Source: a virus
Length of the DNA stretch: 64,000 nt
IMG/VR virus record: IMGVR_UViG_3300027839_000007
Location: 21,546 to 85,545 of that record
Direction: 5' to 3' (one strand)
The notes below the pieces were generated by a model. It made no database searches. It was not told the origin of the DNA and worked only from the letters and a program-made list of their open reading frames with translations. This document shows, piece after piece, positions 27,831 through 38,022 of this stretch. How positions within the stretch are numbered: the stretch's first letter is position 1; every line of letters begins with the position of its first letter. The position numbers and the translations under genes are program-made.

Positions 27831-29741
27831 ATGGCGGAAACGGGGAAAAAGCCAGGTGATCTTCAACGGCCCGCCGCCGGGATACTCGCACAGCTCCTGA
27901 AAGCCAAGGGCGAGTCAGACCGGAAGAACTACCCGGCCAAGCATGACCTCCTGCGCAGGCTGATCAAGGAGAGCCCCGAGGAGTTCCGTATTGATTCCGA
28001 AGAGGGTGGAATCTACGGACTCACACACGCGCCGACGGGTTTCAGGATCCATATGCCCAGGGCTGCTGCGCCCTCCCCGGCAGACCTGGAAAAGGAAGGC
28101 GCTGGCGACAAGTACCTTGGACCAGATATGAAAAATTGGAAAAAGACGCGAGATAAGAAAGCGGGCACTGCCGATATCGTAAAGCAGGCGCTTGCCCGGC
28201 TCACCGAGAAGCAGGCCGGTAAGCCGCCGGTTCGACGAGCCCCGTTTTGGTCAAAAGAGAACTTCCTTAACATGTTTGGTGACGATAGCCGTGACCCGAT
28301 GGGCCCGGGCCTGGGAACGCAGGCACTGACCAACACTGTTATGGACCGGTTTCCTGGGACCTATAAGAATTCCCCTCGGTCGGGAGTAGCGCCCCAGCAA
28401 TTCGGCATCGGGGCGAGCGGAAAGACTGCCCTTATTCCCCAACCTCCACGTCGCACATCCAACTTGCAACAGCGGCAATCGGGCTTGCAAGCCCTGGGAG
28501 CTCGCCGAGTTAAGTCGCACTCATTGCCGCATAACCAGCCCACCACTACACCTTCTTCTACGATAGCTGCCACGGTTCCACAGCACCGTCAGGGTTATGG
28601 GGCAGGGTCAGCTATGAGTGCCGGACATCGGCCACAATTTCCTGTTACGCCAGTGCCCCAGCAGATTCGCCCGGCTGCATCGCAGCAGCAGATAGCTCAG
28701 AACAAACCACCGGCTACCTCAGGATGGCGTCCAACAGCGAATACAGTTAGTACTGCAGCACCGACTGCCCCACATCGCACACCACCCCCATCTCCTTTTA
28801 AAGCACCTCGGATCGCGTCCCAACCACGCTTTATGGCACCGCAGCTCGCTTCTTCAGGATCTCCCAAGCATTTTTCCGCAACGCCAGGTCGCCCATACAA
28901 CCTGATTGATAGGGCAACACAGCTGCTGGAGAAGGCAGCGCAGGATCCGCGTGGTGTGCGCGACGAGTTTGCGTCTGATGTGAAGAACGTTCTCGATTCA
29001 ATTATTGAGAAGCAGGCGCAGCCCACCTTCTCCCGATTGCAGATGCCGGGCGGTAACCAGACCATGCGGAATCTTTTCCAGGGTGTTGGCGGGCCGATCG
29101 AGCAGGGGGTCGACCTGTTCAACTCACCTTCCGACTATCTCGACGAGATGATGACCGTCCCTTATGTGGGCGAGACGCCGCTTTACAGTGATAAGAAATC
29201 CCTGTGGGATAACATCAAGAATCTCCTCATGCGCCCGATCAACCGGCGCGAACGGCTGCGTAACGAGCGTGAGCACCTAGTGCGTACACAGTGGGCTGTT
29301 CAGTCATTAGGGGGCCACCAGGCTGGCGCACCCAGTCGCGGCTTCCCCGGACTGCCGGGACGGGGGACGTTGAACTACGGACAACAGTCATTCCAGCAGG
29401 CCCAGTCGCGCAACCTGCCATTCATTGCCCAGTTGATCCTCAACGAGCCGGGCGGATATCGCATGGTTCGTGATACTGGAAAAGCATCCACGTGGTTGCA
29501 CATGGGTTCCGGGTACCAGTTCACCGTGCCCAACAAGCCGGATCCGAAGGACTTGCTGAACATTCACGTGGAGCCGCCAAAGCAGGATATGTGGGCATCT
29601 GCACTGCGTTGGCGCCAGGGCCGCGCGACAAGTGATGACATGAAGAAGTTTAAACTGGATAAAGCCTCACGCCAGGCTGCTGCGCAGAAGCTGCTGGAGC
29701 GGCAGAAGGCTACCCCGCCGATACTTAATGAAGGCATATAG
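27831..29741 (+). CDS. Putative virion protein
   Basis: EKEG, KKAG, EKQA (twice), EKAA motifs; internally duplicated domain. Confidence 0.65.
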   Translation: MAETGKKPGDLQRPAAGILAQLLKAKGESDRKNYPAKHDLLRRLIKESPEEFRIDSEEGGIYGLTHAPTGFRIHMPRAAAPSPADLEKEGAGDKYLGPDMKNWKKTRDKKAGTADIVKQALARLTEKQAGKPPVRRAPFWSKENFLNMFGDDSRDPMGPGLGTQALTNTVMDRFPGTYKNSPRSGVAPQQFGIGASGKTALIPQPPRRTSNLQQRQSGLQALGARRVKSHSLPHNQPTTTPSSTIAATVPQHRQGYGAGSAMSAGHRPQFPVTPVPQQIRPAASQQQIAQNKPPATSGWRPTANTVSTAAPTAPHRTPPPSPFKAPRIASQPRFMAPQLASSGSPKHFSATPGRPYNLIDRATQLLEKAAQDPRGVRDEFASDVKNVLDSIIEKQAQPTFSRLQMPGGNQTMRNLFQGVGGPIEQGVDLFNSPSDYLDEMMTVPYVGETPLYSDKKSLWDNIKNLLMRPINRRERLRNEREHLVRTQWAVQSLGGHQAGAPSRGFPGLPGRGTLNYGQQSFQQAQSRNLPFIAQLILNEPGGYRMVRDTGKASTWLHMGSGYQFTVPNKPDPKDLLNIHVEPPKQDMWASALRWRQGRATSDDMKKFKLDKASRQAAAQKLLERQKATPPILNEGI

Positions 29742-31566
29742 TCGCATGGTATATGACATTCGCAGGGTATTTCAGAAGATGGCGCAGGGTGCCAGGACCA
29801 GGCGTACAACGAAGGCGCTGACCGCGAATATCCCTGACTTTCCGAAAACGGAAGTTGATAATATCGCCAAGATGATCTCGGTAAGAGGTAAGAATCGCAG
29901 GAAAATGCCGTCGTTTGAAGCTACGCAAAGGTATGCTCGATCAAAAGGCTATAAGCCGCGTCGGTCTAACTTCGTCCCGGACATACAAAAAATCAGGAAC
30001 CCGGATGTGTTGAACTGGAATGATCAGTTCATGCTGCAGCCCGACCTGGCCGCGGGGCGGGCGGAGATGTTTGCAGACGACAAACTCTGGGGACTGTCAG
30101 AGACTTCCCGCCCGGCCCTGCTAGAGATGATCAGGCGAAGGCAACTGCCTGCCCGGAATGCTTGGAACCGCCTGATGACGTCAGGCCGACATGGCACGCC
30201 TAATCTTCTTGAGGTACCGTCCGTTGGAGGGCGTGACACGGGCAGCCTAGGCTATAGAACAAGCCACTTCGGTCTCGGGGATAGCATAGGCCTGTCAGGT
30301 TTTGGCGGGCCGTCCCGCCGTGATTCAGAGTTTAATTGGTTTGGCGGACACGGAACTCCCGGGTTCCCTGAACAACCCGCCGACACTCCGTTGCAAGCTA
30401 CTAAACGTCCGTCGGTAGCTATGACACAAGCAGCGGACCTTGCTGCCGATCGCATCGGACGGCGCAATCCGCAATGGGTTGCTAGTGTGCCGAACCAGGG
30501 TCTCAGAGCTGGTGCGGCAAGTCCGCAGTTGCCGTCGGCTGTGATCGAGGGGTGGAAAGAGGCTTTGATGGGAAGCGATCCCGCTGCAAAACTTAAAGAG
30601 AACGTAGCGCTGATCGATCAGTTCGGCGGGAAACTGAGCAGTGATGGTAGTAGTATTAAGTGGGCGGATCCGCCTTCGGCTTATGGCTCCAAGCCGACGC
30701 AGCATCAGGCACTTGATGAGTGGCTCGCTGGATTTAAATCTGGCCAACAGTATCGTCATCAGTTTGACCCCGTTGGGGCGGGTCTTCACGCAGGCGCCAC
30801 GCCACCTTCTTCGGATGTTCCCGGCTTCCCGGAAAAGCTTTTAAAGGGGTTACCTCCTGAGATGGCGGCTGCGTTAAGAGCACAAAGCGGTGATATTGGC
30901 GGCCACGGCCCTCGTCGTGAGTATGTCATGGCTAAAAAGAGGATCTCGTATATAAATCAGCTGCTTACCGCCGGGTGGGATCAACCCCTCGTCGCGGGGC
31001 AGGCTCGGCCCGGGCAGGCGCAACGCGACTTCTTTTTTGAGCAACAGCCTGCTGATACGCGGGGTATACCGAAAAGCCAATTGGATGTCCTGGCTGACCT
31101 TCCCGTGGTGACCCGTGAGTGGCCACAAGTGGGACTGGGCCCAACTCACGGGTCACCGCGAGGGGACGCGATGCGGTTACCAGATGCCACGGTGACGCTC
31201 ACGCATCCGGGCACCGGGGACAAACTGTGGAAGACCCCCGATGCCAAGATATACAAGCTGTTGCCGGACGGGACGGGGTTTCAACAGGTATTTGGCAAAC
31301 AGGTAGCCGATGCCACGACTGGTGTGGGTTCCATTGAGGAGCACGGTATCCCGGCAGGCGCGGGTGACCCGATTGACACCAGACGCACGTCGTTGCTAGA
31401 GCGGATAATGGCTGGCGGGCGCAGTAAGCCCGGCGCCAGGCCTCCAAGGGGCAAGGGTAAAGGCGGCAAGGGGCGCGGTGCTGGTGCTGGTGCTGGGCTC
31501 TATATGATTTTCAATGCATTAAATCGCGCAAAGGCAAGGGCCGGGGAACGTGCTGATAGACGTTAA
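29728..31566 (+). CDS. Putative virion protein
   Basis: 612 aa ORF; QKMA near the N-terminus. Confidence 0.6.
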   Translation: MKAYSRMVYDIRRVFQKMAQGARTRRTTKALTANIPDFPKTEVDNIAKMISVRGKNRRKMPSFEATQRYARSKGYKPRRSNFVPDIQKIRNPDVLNWNDQFMLQPDLAAGRAEMFADDKLWGLSETSRPALLEMIRRRQLPARNAWNRLMTSGRHGTPNLLEVPSVGGRDTGSLGYRTSHFGLGDSIGLSGFGGPSRRDSEFNWFGGHGTPGFPEQPADTPLQATKRPSVAMTQAADLAADRIGRRNPQWVASVPNQGLRAGAASPQLPSAVIEGWKEALMGSDPAAKLKENVALIDQFGGKLSSDGSSIKWADPPSAYGSKPTQHQALDEWLAGFKSGQQYRHQFDPVGAGLHAGATPPSSDVPGFPEKLLKGLPPEMAAALRAQSGDIGGHGPRREYVMAKKRISYINQLLTAGWDQPLVAGQARPGQAQRDFFFEQQPADTRGIPKSQLDVLADLPVVTREWPQVGLGPTHGSPRGDAMRLPDATVTLTHPGTGDKLWKTPDAKIYKLLPDGTGFQQVFGKQVADATTGVGSIEEHGIPAGAGDPIDTRRTSLLERIMAGGRSKPGARPPRGKGKGGKGRGAGAGAGLYMIFNALNRAKARAGERADRR

Positions 31567-31669
31567 AGCCGCAATTAACCTTCAGCTCGGTAGCACATAG
31601 CACATACAATCAAGGAACGCATTTAGACGTGATAATCCTCAATAGCATGGAAGCGAAAGGGTATACACG

Positions 31670-32650
31670 ATGAAGAACATGTTCAAGCTACTGCTGGTTG
31701 CAACCTTCCTGAGTGTGGCAAGCATTCCCTCGGTGCGTGACACAGCTGTATATGCCGAGGACAAGAAAGCCGAACAGAGTATTCCGGCATTTCTCCAGGA
31801 CATCTCTGTCACGATTAGTGCAAATCGATCAGAGGGATCGGGCGTCGCATTCACCCGAGATGGTATCACTTTCATCTGGACGGCTGCACACGTGGTGTCT
31901 GGCCTACGTAGCACTCGTGCTGTCGTGGATCCTATGACGGGTGCCAAGCGTACGATCATTGAGTTTGCCGATGCGCAGATCATTAAGACCCTGGTTGAAG
32001 ATGGCCGGACAGTCGGTCGCATCGAAATGGATGCCAAGGTCATTCGTTACAGTGATGCAGATCACGGCCACGATCTGGCGCTTTTGCGAGTCAGGAAGAA
32101 GAACTTCATTGCGACTTCTTCCAGGTTCTACCTGGATGAGAAGATCCCTTCGTTGGGCACGCGCCTCTTTCACGTGGGCTCCCTACTTGGCCAACTAGGC
32201 TCAAATAGCATGACGGCAGGAATCGTGAGTCAGCATGGGAGAGTTTTGAGCGGCCTCAATGGTGTTTTTGACCAGACTACCGTGACGGCATTTCCTGGCT
32301 CGTCGGGTGGTGGTGTTTACCTGGAAGATGGTCGCTACATTGGTATGCTGGTGCGCGGTGCTGGTGAAGGCTTCAACTTGATCGTACCTGTTCGCAGAAT
32401 GCGAACATGGGCCAAGGAAGCCAATGTCGAGTGGGCCATGGATCCCACGGCGAAGATGCCGACCCCGGAAGAACTGAGTAAGCTACCGGTTGAGTTTACC
32501 GGTACCAAGTTTTCCGCTAACGCGGGTACTGACGCGGATAAGAAGAAGGCTAACAAGAGCTTTCCACGTCAGATCAGGACCAGGTCAATTTTTCCGTTCT
32601 CTCCCGAGTCTGCATCCAAGCGAAAGCCTCTTTTGGTTGAACCGCGTTAA
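31670..32650 (+). CDS. Exported trypsin-like serine protease
   Basis: Signal peptide; GSG, TAAHVV, DLALL, PGSSGGG catalytic triad motifs. Confidence 0.9.
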   Translation: MKNMFKLLLVATFLSVASIPSVRDTAVYAEDKKAEQSIPAFLQDISVTISANRSEGSGVAFTRDGITFIWTAAHVVSGLRSTRAVVDPMTGAKRTIIEFADAQIIKTLVEDGRTVGRIEMDAKVIRYSDADHGHDLALLRVRKKNFIATSSRFYLDEKIPSLGTRLFHVGSLLGQLGSNSMTAGIVSQHGRVLSGLNGVFDQTTVTAFPGSSGGGVYLEDGRYIGMLVRGAGEGFNLIVPVRRMRTWAKEANVEWAMDPTAKMPTPEELSKLPVEFTGTKFSANAGTDADKKKANKSFPRQIRTRSIFPFSPESASKRKPLLVEPR

Positions 32651-32653
32651 TCC

Positions 32654-32667
32654 TATTGGCGCCAATA
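32654..32667. promoter_or_regulatory. Palindrome TATTGGCGCCAATA (copy 3 of 4)
   Basis: Intergenic, immediately upstream of an RBS. Confidence 0.55.
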
Positions 32668-32680
32668 CAGGAGAGGTTTT

Positions 32681-33043
32681 ATGATTCGTTGGTTGATCGT
32701 CGGGTGCGCGCTTGTTTTAGCGTCACCGCAGCCTGCTGCTGAGAAGCCCGAAACCGAATGGATAAAGTTGCTCTCTAAGGAGCTTGGCGGCGAAGCTGAG
32801 CACCGTACACCTGACGGCAGCCGCGTTGATATTTTGACCGATAAAGTAGCCTGGGAAGTTGAGTGGGCTCGAAAGTGGCAGGAAGCTATTGGCCAAGCGC
32901 ATTTCTACGCCCTGGCAACAAACCGTAGACCGGGCATTGTGCTCCTCCTTACAGGCGATAAGTCTGAAAAGGTATACTATCTGCGTTGCCTGGCAGTTTG
33001 CGCTAAGACAGGAATCACGTTGAGAACACACAGGATTAAGTGA
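32681..33043 (+). CDS. PD-(D/E)XK nuclease-fold protein with signal-like N-terminus
   Basis: E..DGSRVDIL..AWEVE..EAIGQA.FY. Confidence 0.65.
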   Translation: MIRWLIVGCALVLASPQPAAEKPETEWIKLLSKELGGEAEHRTPDGSRVDILTDKVAWEVEWARKWQEAIGQAHFYALATNRRPGIVLLLTGDKSEKVYYLRCLAVCAKTGITLRTHRIK

Positions 33044-33414
33044 TGCCTCGTCCGCGCGTGTACGTTTCTGGGCCAATCAGCAATGGCGGGACACTTAAGT
33101 ACGCGGCCCGTCTCGATAACATGTACGATGCTGTTGACGTGGGAGCTACGTTGATCAAACTCGGTTACGCGCCCCTGATTCCGCATCTCAGTGTTATAAT
33201 TGAACATAAGTACGAGGGGATTGATCAGGATACCTGGCTGGCTATTGACCTACCCTGGGTCGAGGCGGCTGACGCGCTCCTTAGATTGCCGGGAGCATCT
33301 GCTGGTGCTGACAAGGAAGAAGCCGTTGCACTGGCCAGCGGGGTACCTGTTTACCACTCCATTGAAGAGTTGAAAGATGCCATCAATTGCTCAGGTACTC
33401 GACAAAGCTGCTGA
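33040..33414 (+). CDS. DUF4406/nucleoside 2-deoxyribosyltransferase-like protein
   Basis: VYVSGPIS..PLIPH..DLPWVEAADALLRLPGASAGADKE. Confidence 0.7.
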   Translation: MMPRPRVYVSGPISNGGTLKYAARLDNMYDAVDVGATLIKLGYAPLIPHLSVIIEHKYEGIDQDTWLAIDLPWVEAADALLRLPGASAGADKEEAVALASGVPVYHSIEELKDAINCSGTRQSC

Positions 33415-34702
33415 GCTGCAGTCGTGGCGTGATGTTTCGCATGACGTGATGCGCGTGTTCAATGCTGCGCTGCCGACGGCTACGCTTATCAAAAAAGCTT
33501 CTGCGCGCTGGCCTGACGATGCCGCGTTTGTATTCCTGCAGCCGTTTACCGGTCATGTGCACATCATGCCCGTTAACGATGAGTTCAAGAAGACTGCCAG
33601 GTGGGATCGCTTGTCCCGGCTTGACGCTGTATCTGGAGTTGAGGTGAGTCACATGACTCCCGACCCCAGTGAATACGTGATGGTCAAGCGCGCGATCAAG
33701 ATGGGTGACATCAGTCGATTTTTACGGAATATCTACGTCAAGCCGCAGGAGTGGTTGGTTGGAAAAGGCAACGCCAGCCCGCTTTCGATGATGCTTGCCG
33801 GATCTGCGATCACGGGACTTGGCGGGCTTGGACTGGGGACCTTGTGGGACAATACAGTTGGGCCTGTTGGGCATGCCCTGGCACCAGAGTATTTCGATAA
33901 GAAGCCGCGTATGGGCAAGTGGCTGGGTATTCTTGGTGCGCTAACAGGGGCAGTACCCGGACTTGCGGCTGGTTTGCAGCGGTCCAGTATGCACGGACCG
34001 GTATCTGGTTTTGAGCGACCATACAATAGGAGGTACCCTGACATAAATCCCAGGGCCCGCAAGAATATCAACAGGACTTGGCACGAAATTGAGAAGCTTG
34101 ACCCAGGAAGCGCTGCCAAGTCACTGAAGCTGCATAACGAGTGGCGCAAGAAGATTGGGTCTTTTGTTGATCCCAAGATGCAGAAAGCAGCGGCTGACTA
34201 CTACTCCCAGATGTACATACCTTTCATCAACGTGAAAGAGTTTACTGAGCGTGTTTGGGATGGCGTTGAAAAACGTGCTTACAACATCGACCCAGTGATA
34301 CAGTATCGTGCGATCGTAGGTAAACTTGATCCGGCCAACGACCCAAATGCCAACCGTATTGGTCCTGGTGGCATGGCGCTGAACGAACCCGGCATTCACG
34401 TGAATACCTTTGGTACTCCGAAGAATTACACACAAGCTAACCCATACACGTCACCAGCATCGGCCGCCATGGCTGCTGGGTTGGTGCATGGTGCCAGCGC
34501 TTCTCGCGGAGGATCTAACTGGGTGTCGCCCATGGATGTGGGTCGTATTGCAATTGGAGCGGGATCTGGCTTACTGTCTGGAATCGTGGCGGGTAAAATA
34601 CTAGGAGCGCTGGCGGGGCTGTCGCCAGTAGCTGTAAATAATGTGAAGCGCATCGGTATCTGGGCTGGTGGGTTAAACGCAGCTCGTAACGCACTTATGT
34701 AA
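33377..34702 (+). CDS. Putative virion protein with glycine-zipper helices
   Basis: DKAA, KKAS, KKTA, VKRA, QKAA, EKRA; several GxxxG helices. Confidence 0.6.
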   Translation: MPSIAQVLDKAAELQSWRDVSHDVMRVFNAALPTATLIKKASARWPDDAAFVFLQPFTGHVHIMPVNDEFKKTARWDRLSRLDAVSGVEVSHMTPDPSEYVMVKRAIKMGDISRFLRNIYVKPQEWLVGKGNASPLSMMLAGSAITGLGGLGLGTLWDNTVGPVGHALAPEYFDKKPRMGKWLGILGALTGAVPGLAAGLQRSSMHGPVSGFERPYNRRYPDINPRARKNINRTWHEIEKLDPGSAAKSLKLHNEWRKKIGSFVDPKMQKAAADYYSQMYIPFINVKEFTERVWDGVEKRAYNIDPVIQYRAIVGKLDPANDPNANRIGPGGMALNEPGIHVNTFGTPKNYTQANPYTSPASAAMAAGLVHGASASRGGSNWVSPMDVGRIAIGAGSGLLSGIVAGKILGALAGLSPVAVNNVKRIGIWAGGLNAARNALM

Positions 34703-34715
34703 GAGAGGATGAATC

Positions 34716-34946
34716 ATGGAAAATGGCCGTTTTTCGTTGAATGTGGCTGACTGGTTTAAAATTGGCAAGGGTGCCTTGATTGCCAGTGCTGGCGCTGGAT
34801 TGACCTACCTGTCGGCCAACGTAATGGGTACCGACTTTGGTATGTACACGCCCGTCGTCGTTGCTGGGTGGTCAATCTTTGTGAACCTCGCTAAGAAGTT
34901 TATGGAAGCGAGCATGCAGGAACCTGAAGAAGAGGTCATCGAATAA
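34716..34946 (+). CDS. Holin-like two-TM protein
   Basis: 76 aa; two hydrophobic segments and a charged tail. Confidence 0.5.
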   Translation: MENGRFSLNVADWFKIGKGALIASAGAGLTYLSANVMGTDFGMYTPVVVAGWSIFVNLAKKFMEASMQEPEEEVIE

Positions 34947-34948
34947 GA

Positions 34949-35470
34949 ATGCAAGCAGTACCACTACCACGACTACGACAGGTCGGCGGAGCTGGCCTGG
35001 TGTTGTACGGTTCGTCGGCTGTTGTCTACAGCCGCTTTGTCGACGTGCATACCGATCTTGGTTGGTGGGGCCAGGCGGCGGGCATCGTTGGCAGCGGCAT
35101 TGTCATGTTGGCATGGCCCTGGCTTCGTCGCATGATATTTGGTCTCGGTAGGCGTGACGACGCTGAGGTAGTATCACAAGCTATCAAGAAAGCGCTCACG
35201 CCTGACCCGGGTAGTACGTGTTGCTGCCCACCTGTGGTGGAGACTGTCGGTTGCAACTGCTCGCACCAGTTAACCTCTAATGCGCTTAGAGATATCGAGG
35301 CGCTGCATCGTCTTGCATCGCGGTTGCGTGATCACAAAGAAGGCGCGGAGCTTTGTCGAGATATTAACGACAGCCTCTTTGATATTCATCACGCGGTTTC
35401 CAGTGATGCGGATGTAGAAGAACGTCCTGCAGAGGAGACCAGTGATGACACGGAAACAAATCAGGCGTAG
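34949..35470 (+). CDS. Membrane protein
   Basis: Two N-terminal hydrophobic segments; Cys cluster. Confidence 0.6.
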   Translation: MQAVPLPRLRQVGGAGLVLYGSSAVVYSRFVDVHTDLGWWGQAAGIVGSGIVMLAWPWLRRMIFGLGRRDDAEVVSQAIKKALTPDPGSTCCCPPVVETVGCNCSHQLTSNALRDIEALHRLASRLRDHKEGAELCRDINDSLFDIHHAVSSDADVEERPAEETSDDTETNQA

Positions 35471-35927
35471 TACACTAGCTGCGGTTTGCGTTTTGTCTTT
35501 TCTCTCGGGGTGTCTCTTCGCCCCGTCCTCTCAGCCTCCTCCCCCTGGGCCCCCTCCTCCGGATATCAATGCCGAGCTCAGGGGGCGAGTGGTCGAGGCC
35601 GTGCAGGATATCCCGCGTGATGACTGTCTGGCGGCCTACGGTATGTTCACAATCTTTGCTGAGTTTGTGGGCGAGGGCCGGTATGGTGACAAGATCAAGA
35701 CCACGGCGGACCTATTGAATCTGTGGGGGCGTATGGTCAAGGTATCCGGGTGGGAGAAAGAGAAGTACACAAAGCTGACTGATGTGGTGGAAGAAGCGTT
35801 GCGCGACAAGGGACTTGATGTGAACAAGCCTATTGCTGATGTCAAAACTGACATAGCTGATGCGTTCCGCACTATTGGTCTTGGTTGTAAGGAAGCGGCG
35901 CTGGCTAAATCGTCGGAGGGTGCGTAG
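35442..35927 (+). CDS. Putative lipoprotein
   Basis: Basic N-terminus, hydrophobic core, lipobox LSGC, Pro linker. Confidence 0.6.
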   Translation: MMTRKQIRRSTLAAVCVLSFLSGCLFAPSSQPPPPGPPPPDINAELRGRVVEAVQDIPRDDCLAAYGMFTIFAEFVGEGRYGDKIKTTADLLNLWGRMVKVSGWEKEKYTKLTDVVEEALRDKGLDVNKPIADVKTDIADAFRTIGLGCKEAALAKSSEGA

Positions 35928-36128
35928 GTGCGAGAACCCACACCTCAGGAAGAAGCTGAGAAAGAGAGCAACATAGAAAGATATAGGCAACATTATGCGA
36001 ATGGTCGTAATCTAAAATCTGGAAAAAAACTGCAAGGAAGCGCAAAGAAAGAATGGAAAGCTCTTCAAAAAACAGACGAAGAGGAAGAAAATGCCGACAT
36101 CGAATCAGGAGGCACAGTCGATAGTTGA
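35928..36128 (+). CDS. Hypothetical protein
   Basis: 66 aa ORF filling the gap. Confidence 0.45.
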   Translation: MREPTPQEEAEKESNIERYRQHYANGRNLKSGKKLQGSAKKEWKALQKTDEEEENADIESGGTVDS

Positions 36129-36588
36129 GATCGTCGATGAGTACTTGGAGCAAGACAAGGCTCGTGAACTCATGGCGAGGCTTAATGAGAACGTGGGTGC
36201 GACGACGGATAATTCGTCGTTGAAGATTAGTCTGCAGATGCTTGATGCGCTGTACGCGCCTGATCCACCTAAGAGACATACGTTCAAGAAGATAGCAATG
36301 GCGTTGGTGATTCTCTGGCACACGTCCATTGTTATCATCAACGGTGTTGCTTTTTTTGTATTGCCGTTTCTTCTTCCGGTATGGGTGTGGGTGCCAATCG
36401 ATAGCTTTATTCTGACGGTGATGTTCACCAGGGAGATTTGTCCGCTCACCAGGTTGGAGAATTCGATTCGCACATCAATTGGTCTTCCGCGTATTGGTGG
36501 TTTTGTCGGGCATTATTTTGTGCGCCCTGTCCGTCAATTGATTAGGAACAGGCAATCTAGGAAAGTAAAGCAAAGCTCCAATGGCTAA
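36091..36588 (+). CDS. Membrane protein (DUF2784-like C-terminus)
   Basis: TM helices followed by CPLTRLEN..GFVGHY. Confidence 0.6.
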   Translation: MPTSNQEAQSIVEIVDEYLEQDKARELMARLNENVGATTDNSSLKISLQMLDALYAPDPPKRHTFKKIAMALVILWHTSIVIINGVAFFVLPFLLPVWVWVPIDSFILTVMFTREICPLTRLENSIRTSIGLPRIGGFVGHYFVRPVRQLIRNRQSRKVKQSSNG

Positions 36589-37495
36589 AAAGAAAACCAT
36601 ACCCAGGTTCGGATGGTCTCCTAACCCGCACGCTGTCAATGAAGTGTTGTCGCAGCTTCGCAACCCCGTGTTCGGTCCATGCGCGTACCAGATCAAGGGA
36701 AGTGGAGCAGGGAAAGTTGCATTGCTGTGGAAATACGTCGAAAGGTTCACTGGTAATTACAATGTGCGCACACAAGCAATCGGTGACTGTGTCAGTTTCG
36801 GAGTGGCCGCTGCTGTTGACGCCGTCAAGGCCACGGAAATCTGTGTCAACGGGGATATGGAAGAGTGGGTCGCCGAAACCGCCACTGAGCCAATCTACGC
36901 GGCAAGTCGAGTGGAAATTGGACGAGGAGAGCTAGGTACTAGCGACGGTTCGTATGGTGCGTGGGGAGCGCGCGCAGCCAAGGAGATAGGGACGCTGGTG
37001 CGTATTCAGTATCCCAACTGCGATCTGCGTAGGTATTCCGGGCAACGCGCTAAGCAATGGGGTAATCCGGGAAAAGGTGTGCCGGACGAGCTGGAACTCA
37101 CAATGCGAGAGCATCCTATTCGTACGGTGAGTCTTGTAACAACGTATGAAGAAGCGCGGGATGCTATTTCCAATGGTTATGCGATCACCATCGCAAGCGC
37201 ATGCGGTTTTATGACCACGCGGGATAGTGAGGGCTTTCTCAAGCCGTCTGGTAAGTGGCCGCACCAGATGGCGATCATCGGCGTGGATGATGACTATCGT
37301 AGGCCAGGGGTGCTCGTGGTAAACTCCTGGGGACGTCACTGGGTTGATGGCCCTAAGCGTCATGACCAGCCAGACGGCACATTTTGGTGCGACGCGGATG
37401 TGTTGGAGCAAAAGATTCTTCGTGAACAAGATTCATGGGTTTTCGGGGATTACGAAGGGTTCCCGCCCAAGAAACTAGACCTGCGCATTATTTAG
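36581..37495 (+). CDS. Papain-like (C1) cysteine peptidase
   Basis: QAIGDCVSFG (Gln/Cys), WPHQMAIIG (His), VNSWG (Asn). Confidence 0.85.
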   Translation: MAKKKTIPRFGWSPNPHAVNEVLSQLRNPVFGPCAYQIKGSGAGKVALLWKYVERFTGNYNVRTQAIGDCVSFGVAAAVDAVKATEICVNGDMEEWVAETATEPIYAASRVEIGRGELGTSDGSYGAWGARAAKEIGTLVRIQYPNCDLRRYSGQRAKQWGNPGKGVPDELELTMREHPIRTVSLVTTYEEARDAISNGYAITIASACGFMTTRDSEGFLKPSGKWPHQMAIIGVDDDYRRPGVLVVNSWGRHWVDGPKRHDQPDGTFWCDADVLEQKILREQDSWVFGDYEGFPPKKLDLRII

Positions 37496-37508
37496 AAAGG
37501 GGAATGCC

Positions 37509-37823
37509 ATGGAGGGCTACCCGTGGGAAGATGGACGACTGTCGGCTGATGAGTTTACCGAGCTGCTGCAAAACGAAGAGCATAAAGCAGTATTTTTCGA
37601 TCTCCCCGACAGGGAACAAGCAGAAATCCTTAAGGAATCGGCTGATTACAACGGCGATGTTGAAGACACGCTGGACAAGTTAGCCAAGTACCTTAAGTCT
37701 TCGTTCTTTCGTAAGATTGCTCTCCGCAAGGCTGCTGGTTACGGCCTGAGCGGTGAAGAAGCCGATGAGCTGGCGCGCGTATGGCGTGAACGCCATGAGC
37801 TGCTTCGTGACGACGATGATTAG
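37509..37823 (+). CDS. Hypothetical protein
   Basis: 104 aa ORF with RBS. Confidence 0.6.
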   Translation: MEGYPWEDGRLSADEFTELLQNEEHKAVFFDLPDREQAEILKESADYNGDVEDTLDKLAKYLKSSFFRKIALRKAAGYGLSGEEADELARVWRERHELLRDDDD

Positions 37824-38022
37824 TCCGTACGTAGAGTTGGCGCTGTGGGTTGTAGGTTTTTTCTACTTCCTGGGCATGATGATCATCACGCATGCCATGG
37901 ACCAGGAGGGACTGGTACGCAACAAGGGGATGTCACCACTCACGGCATATTTTTGGTTGCCAGTGCTTTGGCCGTTAGGGGTAATGCTTACACTCATCAA
38001 TGTATGGAACAACCATGAATGA
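37816..38022 (+). CDS. Small membrane protein
   Basis: Two hydrophobic helices; LWP motif. Confidence 0.55.
   Translation: MISPYVELALWVVGFFYFLGMMIITHAMDQEGLVRNKGMSPLTAYFWLPVLWPLGVMLTLINVWNNHE

Noticed and set aside
27667-27900. Short ORFs 27667..27900 and 27674..27859, or a frameshifted start of ORF 27831
   Set aside because: No clear RBS, motif or slippery site; I cannot decide which, if either, is real.
34949-35927. i-spanin/o-spanin pair
   Set aside because: The TM gene plus overlapping lipoprotein fits superficially, but the first protein lacks a long periplasmic coiled coil. Not supportable from sequence alone.
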